Virus record (IMG/VR): IMGVR_UViG_3300020405_000002
Location: 4,735 to 68,734 of that record
From: a virus
Length of the DNA: 64,000 nt
Strand: one strand, 5' to 3'
Part shown: piece after piece, positions 1 through 10,385 of the stretch
How the letters are laid out: each line of letters opens with the position of its first letter
Position numbering within the stretch: position 1 is the first letter of the stretch
Program-made: the position numbers and the translations under genes
The notes under the pieces: generated by a model
The model's input: only the letters and a program-made list of their open reading frames with translations
Told to the model about the DNA's origin: nothing
The model's database searches: none

Positions 1-2
1 CT

Positions 3-1292
3 ATACTCGCGACAAACCAAGGTGCCGTTAGAAGAGGAGCTGCAAGCGTTAATATCAATATTGAACACAGTGACTTCCTCGAGTGGTTGGAAATTAGAGA
101 ACCTAAAGGAGATGTCAATAGACAATCTCTTAACCTGCATCAGTGTGCTGTTGTTGGCGATAAATTTATGCGAAAACTTGAAGCGGGAGATAAAGAAGCT
201 AGGAAAAAATGGGGCAAACTTGTCCAAAAACGCAAAGCAACTGGCGAACCATATATCTTATTTAAAGGGAATACAAACAAAAATAATCCAGAAGCATATA
301 AGAAAAATAGTCTAAAAGTACATATGACTAATATATGTAGCGAAATAGTTTTACATACAGATGAATCACATAGTTTTGTATGTTGTTTATCTTCTGTAAA
401 CTTAGCTAGATATGATGAATGGAAAAATACAAATTTAATATACGATAGTATATGGTTTTTAGATGGTGTATTAGAAGAGTTTATACAAAAAGCTAAAAAC
501 ATGAAAGGCTTTGAGAACTCTGTGAGATCTGCTGAAAAAGGTAGAGCACTCGGGTTAGGAGTGTTAGGTTGGCATACCTTGTTACAAAATAAAGGTATTG
601 CATTTGAAGGCTTATTAGCACAATTTAAAACACGTGAAATATTTTCAAAAATTAAAATCGAAACAGAAAGAGCTAGTAGATCGTTGGCCGAAGTTTATGG
701 CGAACCTTTATGGTGTGTTGGAACTGGGATGCGCAATACTCATCTCCGTGCTATTGCACCTACTGTCTCAAACAGTAAACTAGCAGGAAATGTATCTCCA
801 GGTATAGAACCTTGGGCTGCAAATGTATTTACAGAACAATCTGCAAAAGGAACTTTTATAAGAAAAAACAAAGAACTTAAAAAAGTATTTCGTAGATTAG
901 CTATTGACAACAAAGAAACATGGGATAAAGTTTTAAAAGACGGAGGTTCAGTACAAGATATAAAACAGCTAGATGGTTGGTATTATGATGATAATGGTAA
1001 GCTGAATAATGAAGAAGGAGAACCTGTAAAAAATGTATTTAAAACTTTTAAGGAGATAAATCAACTAGAATTAGTAAACCAAGCTGGTATACGACAAGAC
1101 TACGTTGATCAAAGTGTTAGTTTGAATTTGGCTTTTCCGTCACAAGCGGAACCTAAGTGGATAAATAAAGTTCACTTAGAAGCATGGAAGAAGGGTATTA
1201 AAACCCTATATTACATGAGGACTGAATCAGTTCTCAGAGGTGACATAGCTGCAAAAGCTATGAATCCAGATTGTTTGTCCTGTGATGGATAA
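3..1292 (+). CDS. nrdA: Ribonucleotide reductase class I alpha subunit (5'-truncated by the window edge)
   Basis: Frame is open from base 3 (..NQGAVRRGAASV..). Motifs TNICSEI (NxCxE), APTVSNS, TLYYMR tyrosine pair and C-terminal CLSCDG. Confidence 0.95.
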   Translation: MLATNQGAVRRGAASVNINIEHSDFLEWLEIREPKGDVNRQSLNLHQCAVVGDKFMRKLEAGDKEARKKWGKLVQKRKATGEPYILFKGNTNKNNPEAYKKNSLKVHMTNICSEIVLHTDESHSFVCCLSSVNLARYDEWKNTNLIYDSIWFLDGVLEEFIQKAKNMKGFENSVRSAEKGRALGLGVLGWHTLLQNKGIAFEGLLAQFKTREIFSKIKIETERASRSLAEVYGEPLWCVGTGMRNTHLRAIAPTVSNSKLAGNVSPGIEPWAANVFTEQSAKGTFIRKNKELKKVFRRLAIDNKETWDKVLKDGGSVQDIKQLDGWYYDDNGKLNNEEGEPVKNVFKTFKEINQLELVNQAGIRQDYVDQSVSLNLAFPSQAEPKWINKVHLEAWKKGIKTLYYMRTESVLRGDIAAKAMNPDCLSCDG

Positions 1293-1317
1293 ATAGTTGA
1301 GTTGTTTGTTTGTTGTT

Positions 1318-1345
1318 AAAAAGAGGACTTTTGTCCTCTTTTTTT
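1318..1345. terminator. Bidirectional intrinsic terminator between the convergent arms
   Basis: AAAAAGAGGAC-TTTT-GTCCTCTTTTTTT: perfect hairpin with A and T tracts on either side. Confidence 0.85.
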
Positions 1346-1765
1346 CTACTCTATATCTTTAAGTTTTTTCTTTGCAAGATCTCTATCATCGTAATCTAAT
1401 GCAGCTTTAAGTATAATTTTATCCATAACACTATCTTGATTGTCTAACATGGTTTTTTGTAAATCTATAACCATAGCTTCAAGTCTATCTTTTGCAGCTA
1501 CTAAAAGATCTATTTGATTATTTTTTTTATCGATCTCTGCTTTTAAAGCGTTTACATCATCTGGTTTTGTTCCAGTTATAGAACTAATAATTACAGGTAT
1601 ACTTGCGGCTATTGTGCCTATTAACATCATTACAACTTCTTTATTTGAGTCTAATACTGGAAATTGTAATAAAGTTACTATAATACCTATAACAAATAGA
1701 AATATAAATAAGCTACCAACATATGATCTTATTTCTTTTGCTACGCCATTTTTAGGAAGTGCCAT
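1346..1765 (-). CDS. Membrane protein (two TM helices plus coiled coil), possibly lysis-related
   Basis: Hydrophobic segments SLFIFLFVIGIIVTLL and VVMMLIGTIAASIPVIISSI, followed by a heptad-rich tail. Confidence 0.7.
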   Translation of the reverse strand: MALPKNGVAKEIRSYVGSLFIFLFVIGIIVTLLQFPVLDSNKEVVMMLIGTIAASIPVIISSITGTKPDDVNALKAEIDKKNNQIDLLVAAKDRLEAMVIDLQKTMLDNQDSVMDKIILKAALDYDDRDLAKKKLKDIE

Positions 1766-1919
1766 CGTTTTTATTTTTTTCTTTTATTCGTTTATATATA
1801 CCCATAGAAGTATAAACTATAGTTAATATTAAAACTATAGTTTGGAGAATAGGATTTATAGGACTCATGCTTGTCACAAGAGCAAATGCGCTTAGTGCAT
1901 ATATTCTCATATCTTCCAC
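1752..1919 (-). CDS. Small membrane protein, holin-like (55 aa, not in ORF track)
   Basis: MEDMRIYALSAFALVTSMSPINPILQTIVLILTIVYTSMGIYKRIKEKNK..: hydrophobic core with basic tail; overlaps the next start. Confidence 0.6.
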   Translation of the reverse strand: MEDMRIYALSAFALVTSMSPINPILQTIVLILTIVYTSMGIYKRIKEKNKNDGTS

Positions 1920-1930
1920 TTTATTGTTGT

Positions 1931-2071
1931 TTATTTATTATACTTTGATTTCATAGTAATAGGTACACAGTTAGGTACTTTTCTACCACCTTTCATTTTC
2001 ATACCGATAGCTTCATATCCTTTCCAACATGCGCCTTTTAAACCTTTACCTTTTTTCTTATATAGTGCCAT
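1931..2071 (-). CDS. Small basic phage protein with CWKGY..K..VPNCVP motif (46 aa, not in ORF track)
   Basis: MALYKKKGKGLKGACWKGYEAIGMKMKGGRKVPNCVPITMKSKYNK; fills the gap exactly. Confidence 0.7.
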   Translation of the reverse strand: MALYKKKGKGLKGACWKGYEAIGMKMKGGRKVPNCVPITMKSKYNK

Positions 2072-2082
2072 AATTAATTAAT

Positions 2083-5000
2083 TTATTTTTTAGTCGTTGT
2101 TTTTTTACCTAAACTTTGCTTAAATACTGGCTGTACATACATCGGCGGTAGATCCAACGACCATCGATCCCAACCTGATAGTAATAAAAGCCTTTGATAA
2201 TCTTCTATATTGTGGTTTGCTGCTATATATATATTTTGCAATTTACTTAATGCTCTTGCTGCAGGTAAATTTGTAAATGCCTGAGCAATTAGGCCATATG
2301 ACATCCATCTAGGATTCATAACTTGTTCTGGTGTAAACTTATTACCAATAACATCCATTTTATAAAGCTCTTGGTTATATTTCCATATACGACCAGCTCT
2401 TATTATGTTTCTAAGTTTTGATTGTATTGGTGGTGAAAATGATGTAGCTTCAATTGCTAAATTCTCAAGATTATATGGTTTACCAGTTGCTTTCGGTTCT
2501 AAATAAAACTCATTAAGAATATTATAAGAAGTTACACCAACAATACCAAGAGGTCCTATACCTCTAGCATGACCTGTAACAGAACCAGTGATAGCTCTTT
2601 GTAAATTATCTTTTTCTTTTTCATCTTCAGGATCAAATACATTTAAAGCAGATTGTAATACGTTAAATATTATAGACTGTATTGCTCCATAATACATTAT
2701 GTTTGCTAAATGAGCTTTACCATTACCTCTGCCATTAACTAAGTCTAATGATTTTTTCTTTAATATTCTAGCATATTGCATGTTTGTGTTAGCAAAAGCA
2801 AACAATAATCTACCTGCTATTGTATCAGATTGAAGCTGTGATATTTTGTCAGGTCTTGCTGACTGTTGTGATTCTTCTGATATTGCTATCCAATCAAGTT
2901 TTGCCTGTTCTTTAGCATCACTTTCAGTCATACCATCTTTAAGGTATTTATTAATTCTATTTCTATAAAAAGTAGCACCACCACTAGCAATTGCAAAACT
3001 ATCCATAAATCTTGTTGGTGCAAAACCAGCTTTTTGTATTCTGGCAATTACTCTCCATAATTTATTTTTATCAACAGCTAACTGAGCTATTTCATCTGCT
3101 GCTACATCCATTTTTAAATCACCTCGTCTATCTTTTAAATATGGATCCATATATAATTCAACAACATCTTTTGTAAATTGAGGTACGTTAGCCATAGCTT
3201 TTGCGGCAGCTATAGGATTGTTATCTTCTAGATTTAAATAGTTTATAGCAGAAATACCCTGTAACATAGCAGATCTCATATTAAAAAACATAATAGTACC
3301 TACAGAACCATTAACCCAGTCTAAAAACCTTTGACCTTGTACATCAGGGCTTACACTTCTATTTCTACCTGATTTCATACGTTTTAATGAGCTTTTTAAA
3401 GCACTTACATACCAAGAACCATATAAAGCTTGTAGTTTATTAAATGTATCTTCAGTAAATATAGCGTCAACATTATCTTGAAACGGTGCCATTATTTCTT
3501 GGCGTTTTTTACCGTTTGCGTAATCTAATAAATCTGTTCCTATAGTACCACCTAACCAGTTTGTGCTATAATCAACATATAATTGTTGGTTACCGTCTGG
3601 GCCAACATTTTTTGTCATAGTACCAACGCTTTCTGCAAATGCTTTTAATTCTTTATTTTCTGGCCTGTTTATAGCTTCCATTGCTTGATTAACCTCATTT
3701 ATAGTTAAATCAGTCATATTAGCTTTTGCACCTAATGGTTTACCATCTGAATCTAAATCTGTTGGTAAAGTCAATGTACCATTAATCCTAAACAAATATA
3801 TTCTTACAACATTTTCTCTTGTAAGCTCTGTGCCTTTTAATTTTGTACTTAAAAAATTATCTACAGCTAATTGTTTAGCACCTTTTACTCCGTTTTTATA
3901 AGCTGATAATGTTCTTCTTAACATTTTATGTTTTTCCATTAAACCAACTTTATATTTTGTTGCCGCGTAAGTACTTCTGTTAAAAGGATCAATTAATTTT
4001 TCTTTATAAAACTTCATTTGCTCTTCACCTTTTTTGCCAGATGAAAGAGTTTTATATAATAATCCTGTAAAATCTTCTGCAGAAGGAGGTATAACACTTA
4101 TTTGTCTTAAGAAACGTTTTCTAGATTCAAAATCACGAGCAACGTTTTTAGAAAATACTTTATCAGCTTCAATACCTGTACTTTCTTCTAAAATTTCATT
4201 CATTCTTTGTTCTAACTCAGTACGTTCACCTTTTGCAGCCTTTTCTCTTTTTTGATGTTCTATTCTTACTTGATTATTCATATAATCTTGTAATTCACCT
4301 TTTTTCATTTTAGCCGCACCTTTTGGCAACATATTGTGTGATCTTAATATATCTATAATATTTTTTTTAGTTAAAGAATAATATTCATCATCTTCAGGTA
4401 TACCGTCCTTTTCTCTAAAATATTCTGTAAATGTTTCTGTATTGTTTTTTCTATACACAACTTTTAAACCCTGACTAGTAGCTTTTTCTGCTTCATCGTA
4501 TAATTCTTTTAATTTATTTCTGTCTAGTTTTTCGCTTGTAGTAACGTAGTTTTCTAACTCTGCTTGTGTTGCAAGCATATAACCAGCATCAATAAAATCA
4601 AGACCAAATTCTTTAACAAAAAATGAGTGCATTTCTTGTATGGTCATTTTGCTATAATCTTTTCTACCTTTTAATTTTTCTGAAGCTCTACTTATTTTTC
4701 TTATTCTATCAGCTGTAGCACTTTCTAATTGATCGAAATTAATATCACGTATTTTATTTTGTAGATTTAATATAACTCTTTCACCAATTTCTTTTAAAGC
4801 AACGTCTTGTAAGTTCATATCAAGCAATGCTTGTGATTGCCTAAATCCTTCTTGTACTGTTTTATTTTTCTGTAATAAATCATTAGCAAATTGGAAACCT
4901 AAAGCATCAGCCATTTGTTTTGCTAAAGTAGTTTTATGTTGTGATTTTAACTGTGGAGATACTATGTTACGTTTATTTATATCTTCAGACAATACACTCT

Positions 5001-8000
5001 TTGGACTAATATAATGTTCTAAGAGTTTTTCTCTAACTTCTTCAAAAGGTTTTAATTTATTGTTTTCAAATAATATATCTCTTAAATCACCTTTAGTAGC
5101 AGTTTTTACTTTTTCAATAGTAAAAGTATTATATATACCTCTTATGTATTTTCTAACAAAATCATCATATTTTTTTTGTTTGCCTAAAGTTGTTTCGTTT
5201 ATTTTAAAACCAAAAGCTTTTCTAAATTGTGTTTGTAAAGCAGAAGCAAAAGGCCTTGTATAATATAAAGGAAACTTACCTGTACTCAATATCTTTATAA
5301 CATCTTTCTCTACATCTTCGTAAGTTGTTCTTTTAATACCTAAATCTCTTGCTGTTCTTTCACCTCTTATAGGTAATTCTTCAACTTGCATTTCAGTACC
5401 AGGTTCTACAATGTCTGCAATATCTGTAGATCCAATTGTTACATCTGTTTTAATAACTTGATCAAGTAAACCTTTTGCTCTATTGCCTAAATTTTGCATT
5501 ATATATTGTGACAAAGGTGTACCCATTTCAGGTTTATATGAATTTAATAAACCATACAAAGAATTAGCAGTTCTTTTACTATCAATACCATAAGTTAAAT
5601 AAAACTCAAAAGTATCTTTATCAATTGCTCTGTCTTTAAAACCTTCATACTCTTTAAAATATCTATTTACTGTTTGTTTAATAAATGGTAAATTAATCTT
5701 TTTTATTTCTTGTAATGATTCAAAACTTTTACCTTTTTCATTATAAACTTTTTGTGTTTGTTCAGATCGTTTTATAGATTCTTTTGAAACACCTTCAACT
5801 GGCGCAACTTCAGAAGCTTCTTCAAGATTTTTTATTTGTCTAACGTTTTCTTGTATTTCTGCTTTTTGTTCTGTAGTAAGGTTTTCTGCGCCACCTGCTT
5901 CTTTTAATATTTCTTTGTTTTTATTTACAAGCTCTTGTCTAGATAAAGAAAGTTGCTCACCAACTTCTGCATTCATGGTATCATCTTTTGATATTATTCT
6001 ACCTTGCATACCTTCGTTTGCAATACGCACTACAGATTTATCTACATAACCTTTTCTTATGGATCTATTAAAGTCTTTTAAAAAGTTTAATACATCACCA
6101 CTTTGATTAAATTTTCTATTTATACCTACAGAATAAAGAGATCTTCTTATAACATCACCTAATTCAGTAAGTTTAGAATCAGTTAATGATAAATCACCAT
6201 TAGCTAAAGCATCATTAAATAAAGTAAAAACTTCTTGATCTAATTTCTTTTTACCTTGATCTTTTCTAGCTATATAGGTTTGCATACGTTGTGTGAACTC
6301 GCTGTCTTGTACATCTTCGCTGCTATATCTTGTTTTTAATATATCAAAAACTTGTTCAGCTAATGCTTCTGCGTTAGCTTCACCACTTTGTATAGTCCTA
6401 ACCATTATAGCATGTAACAACTCATGTGCAGGAGCATTTACATTTTTTGATTGTATAGTAGCAGCTTTGTTTATTACAATAAGATTTTGTTTAGGAAAGA
6501 AAACACCTTCAACACCTCTTCTTACCATTTTTTGACCTTTCATTTTATCTAAAAAAGCGTCAAATTGCTCTTGTGATTTAAATTCTTGCAAATCTAAATC
6601 TAAAGTTCTAGCATATTCTTGCGTAGCGCTTAAAGTATTTTCGTAACTATTATCTAATGCATTATCTAGTATAACTTCGTTACGCTTGTTTAAGTTTTTA
6701 ATTTTTTGAGCATTTTTAGTTTTAACATCAAGTGCTAAATTTTCATCACTATTTAAATCTTCAAGTTTGTATATTTCATCTCTGTTTTTAGCATATTCAG
6801 TTAAATTATCACCTTTTAACGCATTGATACCCAGTTTGTTTTGTATTTTTAAATTTACAATTTTTTGTTCTTCTTCTGCCATCATGTCTTGATAAGCAGC
6901 TTGTTCTAATGGATTATCTGTCTGTTGTGCTTCATAAGAAAACTTAGACAAGTTAGCCATACTATTTCTTAATTCAAACTGTGTTTGTGAAGGCATTAAA
7001 ATGTTTTCAGCTAAATTACGATCCATAGGTTTTACGTATGTATCTTGCACAGTGTTAACAGCACCACCTGTAAATGCACCTATTGTAAAAGCTTCTACTA
7101 ATGTATTTCTAACTTCTGGCCAAGTAAAATCTCTACCTAATGTTAGTTTATCTAATAATAAGTTAACAGATTCAGTTAAACTTTCTGAAAATCCTTCGCC
7201 TGCAGGTTTTATACCGTATTTTTTAAAAAACGTCATTAAACTGTTTTCTAAATATTCTTTTGCAGCAGTTGCACCTCCTGTATTTTTAACTATTTTTGCT
7301 GCAAATAATAATTTTCTAGTCAACAACTCACCTGCAGCTTCGTTTGCACCAGTTAATAAACTATTTATTGCTATTTTACCTAATGCTTCATTAGGATTAC
7401 GCCTTACTTCTTCATCAAACTTACCTGACATAATACTACCACCAAACAAAGCTATAGCTCCTGGGCCCATATATGCAGCAGCAATAGAAGGTGCAGATTC
7501 AAGAGCACCACCTACTGTCATTTCAATAGCGGCAGCATAATTTTTATTTTCTAAAGCTGTATAAATATCTGCATCTTCATATTTTCTAACCATTTGACCA
7601 AAACCTCCAGCAATACCCTTTAAATTTTTTGATGCAAAAGGGCTTGCTATAGAAGCTGTATTTTCAATAGCATCTTTTAATGCTATTTTTTCATCACCAG
7701 TCATATTTGGATTATAAGTAACATAAGCTGCGTATGCTAAATTTTCTGGTATTGATTGTAAGTTACCAAGGGTATTAAAAATACCTCTACCAGTTCTACC
7801 TATTAAAGTGCTAACTACATTTTTAGATTTTTCTTGTTCTTCTTCTGTAAGAGCTAATGTGTTTGCTACTGTACCTGTGCTAGGATTTTGATAATATGCC
7901 GATGTAGAATCGCCCAAGCTGAAGTCCAAAGATCCGGGTGCTATTAGATTTCCTGCAGTCGCACCCGGTACTACAGTCTTTGGCTTTCCCAATAACTCAT

Positions 8001-8142
8001 CTTTTAATTTAAGTTCGTATTTTTCAATATATTCGACCATTGTCATACCTAGATTTTGTGCAGCTGTTTGCACTTGCTCTTCAGTATACTCCATGCCTTG
8101 ATAAATATATACTTTATCTATATTGTTTCCTATATAATTCAT
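2083..8142 (-). CDS. Large internal virion/ejection protein (2019 aa) with HExxH zincin motif and a sigma-region-2-like segment
   Basis: Last and largest of three genes after the tail module, as for podovirus ejection proteins. Gly/Ala-rich membrane-like N-terminal part, AHELLHA motif, helical C-terminus. Confidence 0.7.
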   Translation of the reverse strand: MNYIGNNIDKVYIYQGMEYTEEQVQTAAQNLGMTMVEYIEKYELKLKDELLGKPKTVVPGATAGNLIAPGSLDFSLGDSTSAYYQNPSTGTVANTLALTEEEQEKSKNVVSTLIGRTGRGIFNTLGNLQSIPENLAYAAYVTYNPNMTGDEKIALKDAIENTASIASPFASKNLKGIAGGFGQMVRKYEDADIYTALENKNYAAAIEMTVGGALESAPSIAAAYMGPGAIALFGGSIMSGKFDEEVRRNPNEALGKIAINSLLTGANEAAGELLTRKLLFAAKIVKNTGGATAAKEYLENSLMTFFKKYGIKPAGEGFSESLTESVNLLLDKLTLGRDFTWPEVRNTLVEAFTIGAFTGGAVNTVQDTYVKPMDRNLAENILMPSQTQFELRNSMANLSKFSYEAQQTDNPLEQAAYQDMMAEEEQKIVNLKIQNKLGINALKGDNLTEYAKNRDEIYKLEDLNSDENLALDVKTKNAQKIKNLNKRNEVILDNALDNSYENTLSATQEYARTLDLDLQEFKSQEQFDAFLDKMKGQKMVRRGVEGVFFPKQNLIVINKAATIQSKNVNAPAHELLHAIMVRTIQSGEANAEALAEQVFDILKTRYSSEDVQDSEFTQRMQTYIARKDQGKKKLDQEVFTLFNDALANGDLSLTDSKLTELGDVIRRSLYSVGINRKFNQSGDVLNFLKDFNRSIRKGYVDKSVVRIANEGMQGRIISKDDTMNAEVGEQLSLSRQELVNKNKEILKEAGGAENLTTEQKAEIQENVRQIKNLEEASEVAPVEGVSKESIKRSEQTQKVYNEKGKSFESLQEIKKINLPFIKQTVNRYFKEYEGFKDRAIDKDTFEFYLTYGIDSKRTANSLYGLLNSYKPEMGTPLSQYIMQNLGNRAKGLLDQVIKTDVTIGSTDIADIVEPGTEMQVEELPIRGERTARDLGIKRTTYEDVEKDVIKILSTGKFPLYYTRPFASALQTQFRKAFGFKINETTLGKQKKYDDFVRKYIRGIYNTFTIEKVKTATKGDLRDILFENNKLKPFEEVREKLLEHYISPKSVLSEDINKRNIVSPQLKSQHKTTLAKQMADALGFQFANDLLQKNKTVQEGFRQSQALLDMNLQDVALKEIGERVILNLQNKIRDINFDQLESATADRIRKISRASEKLKGRKDYSKMTIQEMHSFFVKEFGLDFIDAGYMLATQAELENYVTTSEKLDRNKLKELYDEAEKATSQGLKVVYRKNNTETFTEYFREKDGIPEDDEYYSLTKKNIIDILRSHNMLPKGAAKMKKGELQDYMNNQVRIEHQKREKAAKGERTELEQRMNEILEESTGIEADKVFSKNVARDFESRKRFLRQISVIPPSAEDFTGLLYKTLSSGKKGEEQMKFYKEKLIDPFNRSTYAATKYKVGLMEKHKMLRRTLSAYKNGVKGAKQLAVDNFLSTKLKGTELTRENVVRIYLFRINGTLTLPTDLDSDGKPLGAKANMTDLTINEVNQAMEAINRPENKELKAFAESVGTMTKNVGPDGNQQLYVDYSTNWLGGTIGTDLLDYANGKKRQEIMAPFQDNVDAIFTEDTFNKLQALYGSWYVSALKSSLKRMKSGRNRSVSPDVQGQRFLDWVNGSVGTIMFFNMRSAMLQGISAINYLNLEDNNPIAAAKAMANVPQFTKDVVELYMDPYLKDRRGDLKMDVAADEIAQLAVDKNKLWRVIARIQKAGFAPTRFMDSFAIASGGATFYRNRINKYLKDGMTESDAKEQAKLDWIAISEESQQSARPDKISQLQSDTIAGRLLFAFANTNMQYARILKKKSLDLVNGRGNGKAHLANIMYYGAIQSIIFNVLQSALNVFDPEDEKEKDNLQRAITGSVTGHARGIGPLGIVGVTSYNILNEFYLEPKATGKPYNLENLAIEATSFSPPIQSKLRNIIRAGRIWKYNQELYKMDVIGNKFTPEQVMNPRWMSYGLIAQAFTNLPAARALSKLQNIYIAANHNIEDYQRLLLLSGWDRWSLDLPPMYVQPVFKQSLGKKTTTKK

Positions 8143-8145
8143 ATT

Positions 8146-9675
8146 TTATTGTATTATAGGTTGATCTGTATTAACCTCTTGATTTTGTTCATTAGTTCTT
8201 CCAGGATTTAAAGCTTCATATGGTGTCATAGGATCAACTAAACCAGGCAAAGTTTTATTTTTAGGTGGGCCAAGTATCTCTTGAATTTCAGTAGTATTAT
8301 ACCCAGCTAAAGCAAGTAATTGCCTTTGTAATTCATCATTTGTTAATTTATATGTTATCTTACCACTTTTATCTCTTTGTTGAACAACTAAAGTTGCTGT
8401 TTTATTTGTATTAATATTTTTTACATTAATTGTAATACTTTCAGCATGTTTGTCTCCATTTATGTCTAATGCCATAGGACTACCTGTTACATTAAATCCT
8501 GTTTGTATTAACATTTGTTGAAACGCAGGTGTACCAAAATCTACTTCTTGTCTTGGGTTTTTAATAGCTATATCTTGGCTTTGTGTCGGATTAGAAAAAT
8601 CAGTATTTTTTATATTATCTCTTTGTGCTTCTTTTTCAAGTCTTTTTCTTTCTTGATCTAATTCATAAGCAGTTTTACCTTTATCACCACCTTCTTGTTC
8701 TCTTTTATTTCTTTCATATGCTAATCTTCTATTCCTTAACTGTGTTTCTGCACCTTTTCTTAGTTGATCTTTTATATGAATAGTCATGTCATTTAATGTA
8801 CCGGCTCTACCATCTCCATCTATATCTTCCCTATATACACCATTTAATTCTTCTCTTGTATAGTTTAATTTATCTAAAGCTATAGATTCTATTTCATTAT
8901 TTGTAAAAGTCATAGCATCAAGTTCTTTTTCTATAGCCTCTATATTTCCAGGATCATTTTCCCATCTAAGATCTCTTTGCCCTTTTTCTATAATTCTTTC
9001 TATTTTACTTAAGGTTTCTACATATTTAACAGTTTCCCTTTCCATTGGTTGGTAAGCATCAGCATATTCATCTATTGATACCATTACATCATCATCTAAT
9101 ATATCATCCTTTTTAAAAAGAAAGTGTGCTTTGCCATCTATCTCTACAACCTCATCCCACTCTCTATTAGTGAGTCTATTATCCATGTGTATTGTAACAG
9201 CATCATTTGCTTTACTAGTACGATCACCTCCAGCTTGATTAGGGTTTCTTCTATCTTTGTAATTATTCATACGTTCAGAAAACATTGTTTTATAATTTGT
9301 TAACTGATTAATTTGCGTATTAATTTCGTTTAATGCTTTTATTTTTTCAAAACCCTGTAAGTTGTTTGCTGCAAATTGATATTCTTGTTGTAAATTTAAA
9401 AAAGCATTTGTTGTATAGTCCCTAAACTCAGGTGGTACTGTATTAGGATCAAAATTTCTCATGTTCCTAAAATCAGCCATTTTTTCAGCTTCTATTTTTT
9501 CTTGTGCTTTTTCATATTTTTCTGCTTCTATTTCAGCTTTCCTTTCTATTTCAGTCATTGCGGCTATAAAAGGCTTTAATGCTTCTTCTACAGGCGTAGC
9601 AAGATCAATACTGCGTCTGATTTGTGCCATCGCAACATTTCTTGCTAGTCTCGGATTATAAGTTCTACTTGGCAT
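8146..9675 (-). CDS. Putative internal virion/ejection protein (509 aa)
   Basis: Helical, charged sequence; lies between the Q/A-rich small and the giant ejection candidates. Confidence 0.55.
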   Translation of the reverse strand: MPSRTYNPRLARNVAMAQIRRSIDLATPVEEALKPFIAAMTEIERKAEIEAEKYEKAQEKIEAEKMADFRNMRNFDPNTVPPEFRDYTTNAFLNLQQEYQFAANNLQGFEKIKALNEINTQINQLTNYKTMFSERMNNYKDRRNPNQAGGDRTSKANDAVTIHMDNRLTNREWDEVVEIDGKAHFLFKKDDILDDDVMVSIDEYADAYQPMERETVKYVETLSKIERIIEKGQRDLRWENDPGNIEAIEKELDAMTFTNNEIESIALDKLNYTREELNGVYREDIDGDGRAGTLNDMTIHIKDQLRKGAETQLRNRRLAYERNKREQEGGDKGKTAYELDQERKRLEKEAQRDNIKNTDFSNPTQSQDIAIKNPRQEVDFGTPAFQQMLIQTGFNVTGSPMALDINGDKHAESITINVKNINTNKTATLVVQQRDKSGKITYKLTNDELQRQLLALAGYNTTEIQEILGPPKNKTLPGLVDPMTPYEALNPGRTNEQNQEVNTDQPIIQ

Positions 9676-9689
9676 ATCTTTTATTTTTA

Positions 9690-10373
9690 TTATTTACCTA
9701 CAAGTGACAAAGGATCAAAACCACCTACAGCTGCAGTAGCTACGCCACCTACAACTTTTCCTATACCACCTACTAGGTTTTGTGTTGCCTCAGCTCTTGC
9801 GGCATCAGCTGCGGCTTTTCTTTGTGCAGCCATATCTAATTGTGTTTCTAATTTACCAAACTGTTGTTCTTGTAAATATTTAGCACCTTCAGCTCTTTGT
9901 GCTTCTAAGTTTTGTTGGCCTTGAGCTCTTGCCATTTGATTAGCAGCTTCTTGTTGGCCTATACTAGCAGCTGATTGTTGTAAATTAGCTGAGCTCTGTT
10001 GAGCAAGTGTTTGTGCAAGTGCAGCTATACCACCACCACCTGCAGCACCTTGTAAACCAGATAATGTTCCAGCTAAAGCTTGCTGTTGTTGTTGTGATTG
10101 AAACTGCGCTTGTTGTTGGTTAACAGTTAAATCCTCAAAAGGATTAGTCATATTTTTTGTAGGATCTTGAAACTCAAACGCGTCATATTCTGTTTTACGC
10201 ATTTGTAATTCTTTTTCAGCCTCTCTTTGTTCTCTACGTCTTGCTCTACCACCTACTAAACTACCAGCAATACCAGCAAGACCAGACGCTATACCCGCTA
10301 TACCGCCAGCACCTTCTTTTGTAACTCCGCTTAATGGGCCGCCACCGCCGCCGCCACTTAAAGGTAATCCCAT
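9690..10373 (-). CDS. Putative DNA ejection/pilot protein (T7 gp14 / P22 gp7-like composition)
   Basis: Gly/Ala-rich hydrophobic termini with a Q/A-rich coiled-coil core. Confidence 0.6.
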   Translation of the reverse strand: MGLPLSGGGGGGPLSGVTKEGAGGIAGIASGLAGIAGSLVGGRARRREQREAEKELQMRKTEYDAFEFQDPTKNMTNPFEDLTVNQQQAQFQSQQQQQALAGTLSGLQGAAGGGGIAALAQTLAQQSSANLQQSAASIGQQEAANQMARAQGQQNLEAQRAEGAKYLQEQQFGKLETQLDMAAQRKAAADAARAEATQNLVGGIGKVVGGVATAAVGGFDPLSLVGK

Positions 10374-10385
10374 AATATTTTATTT

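Noticed and set aside
8809..8829. DIDGD as an RNA polymerase catalytic DxDGD motif (virion RNAP)
   Set aside because: The context EDIDGDGRAG fits a DxDGDG calcium-binding loop in a 509-aa helical protein; no other RNAP motifs were seen here or in the 2019-aa protein.
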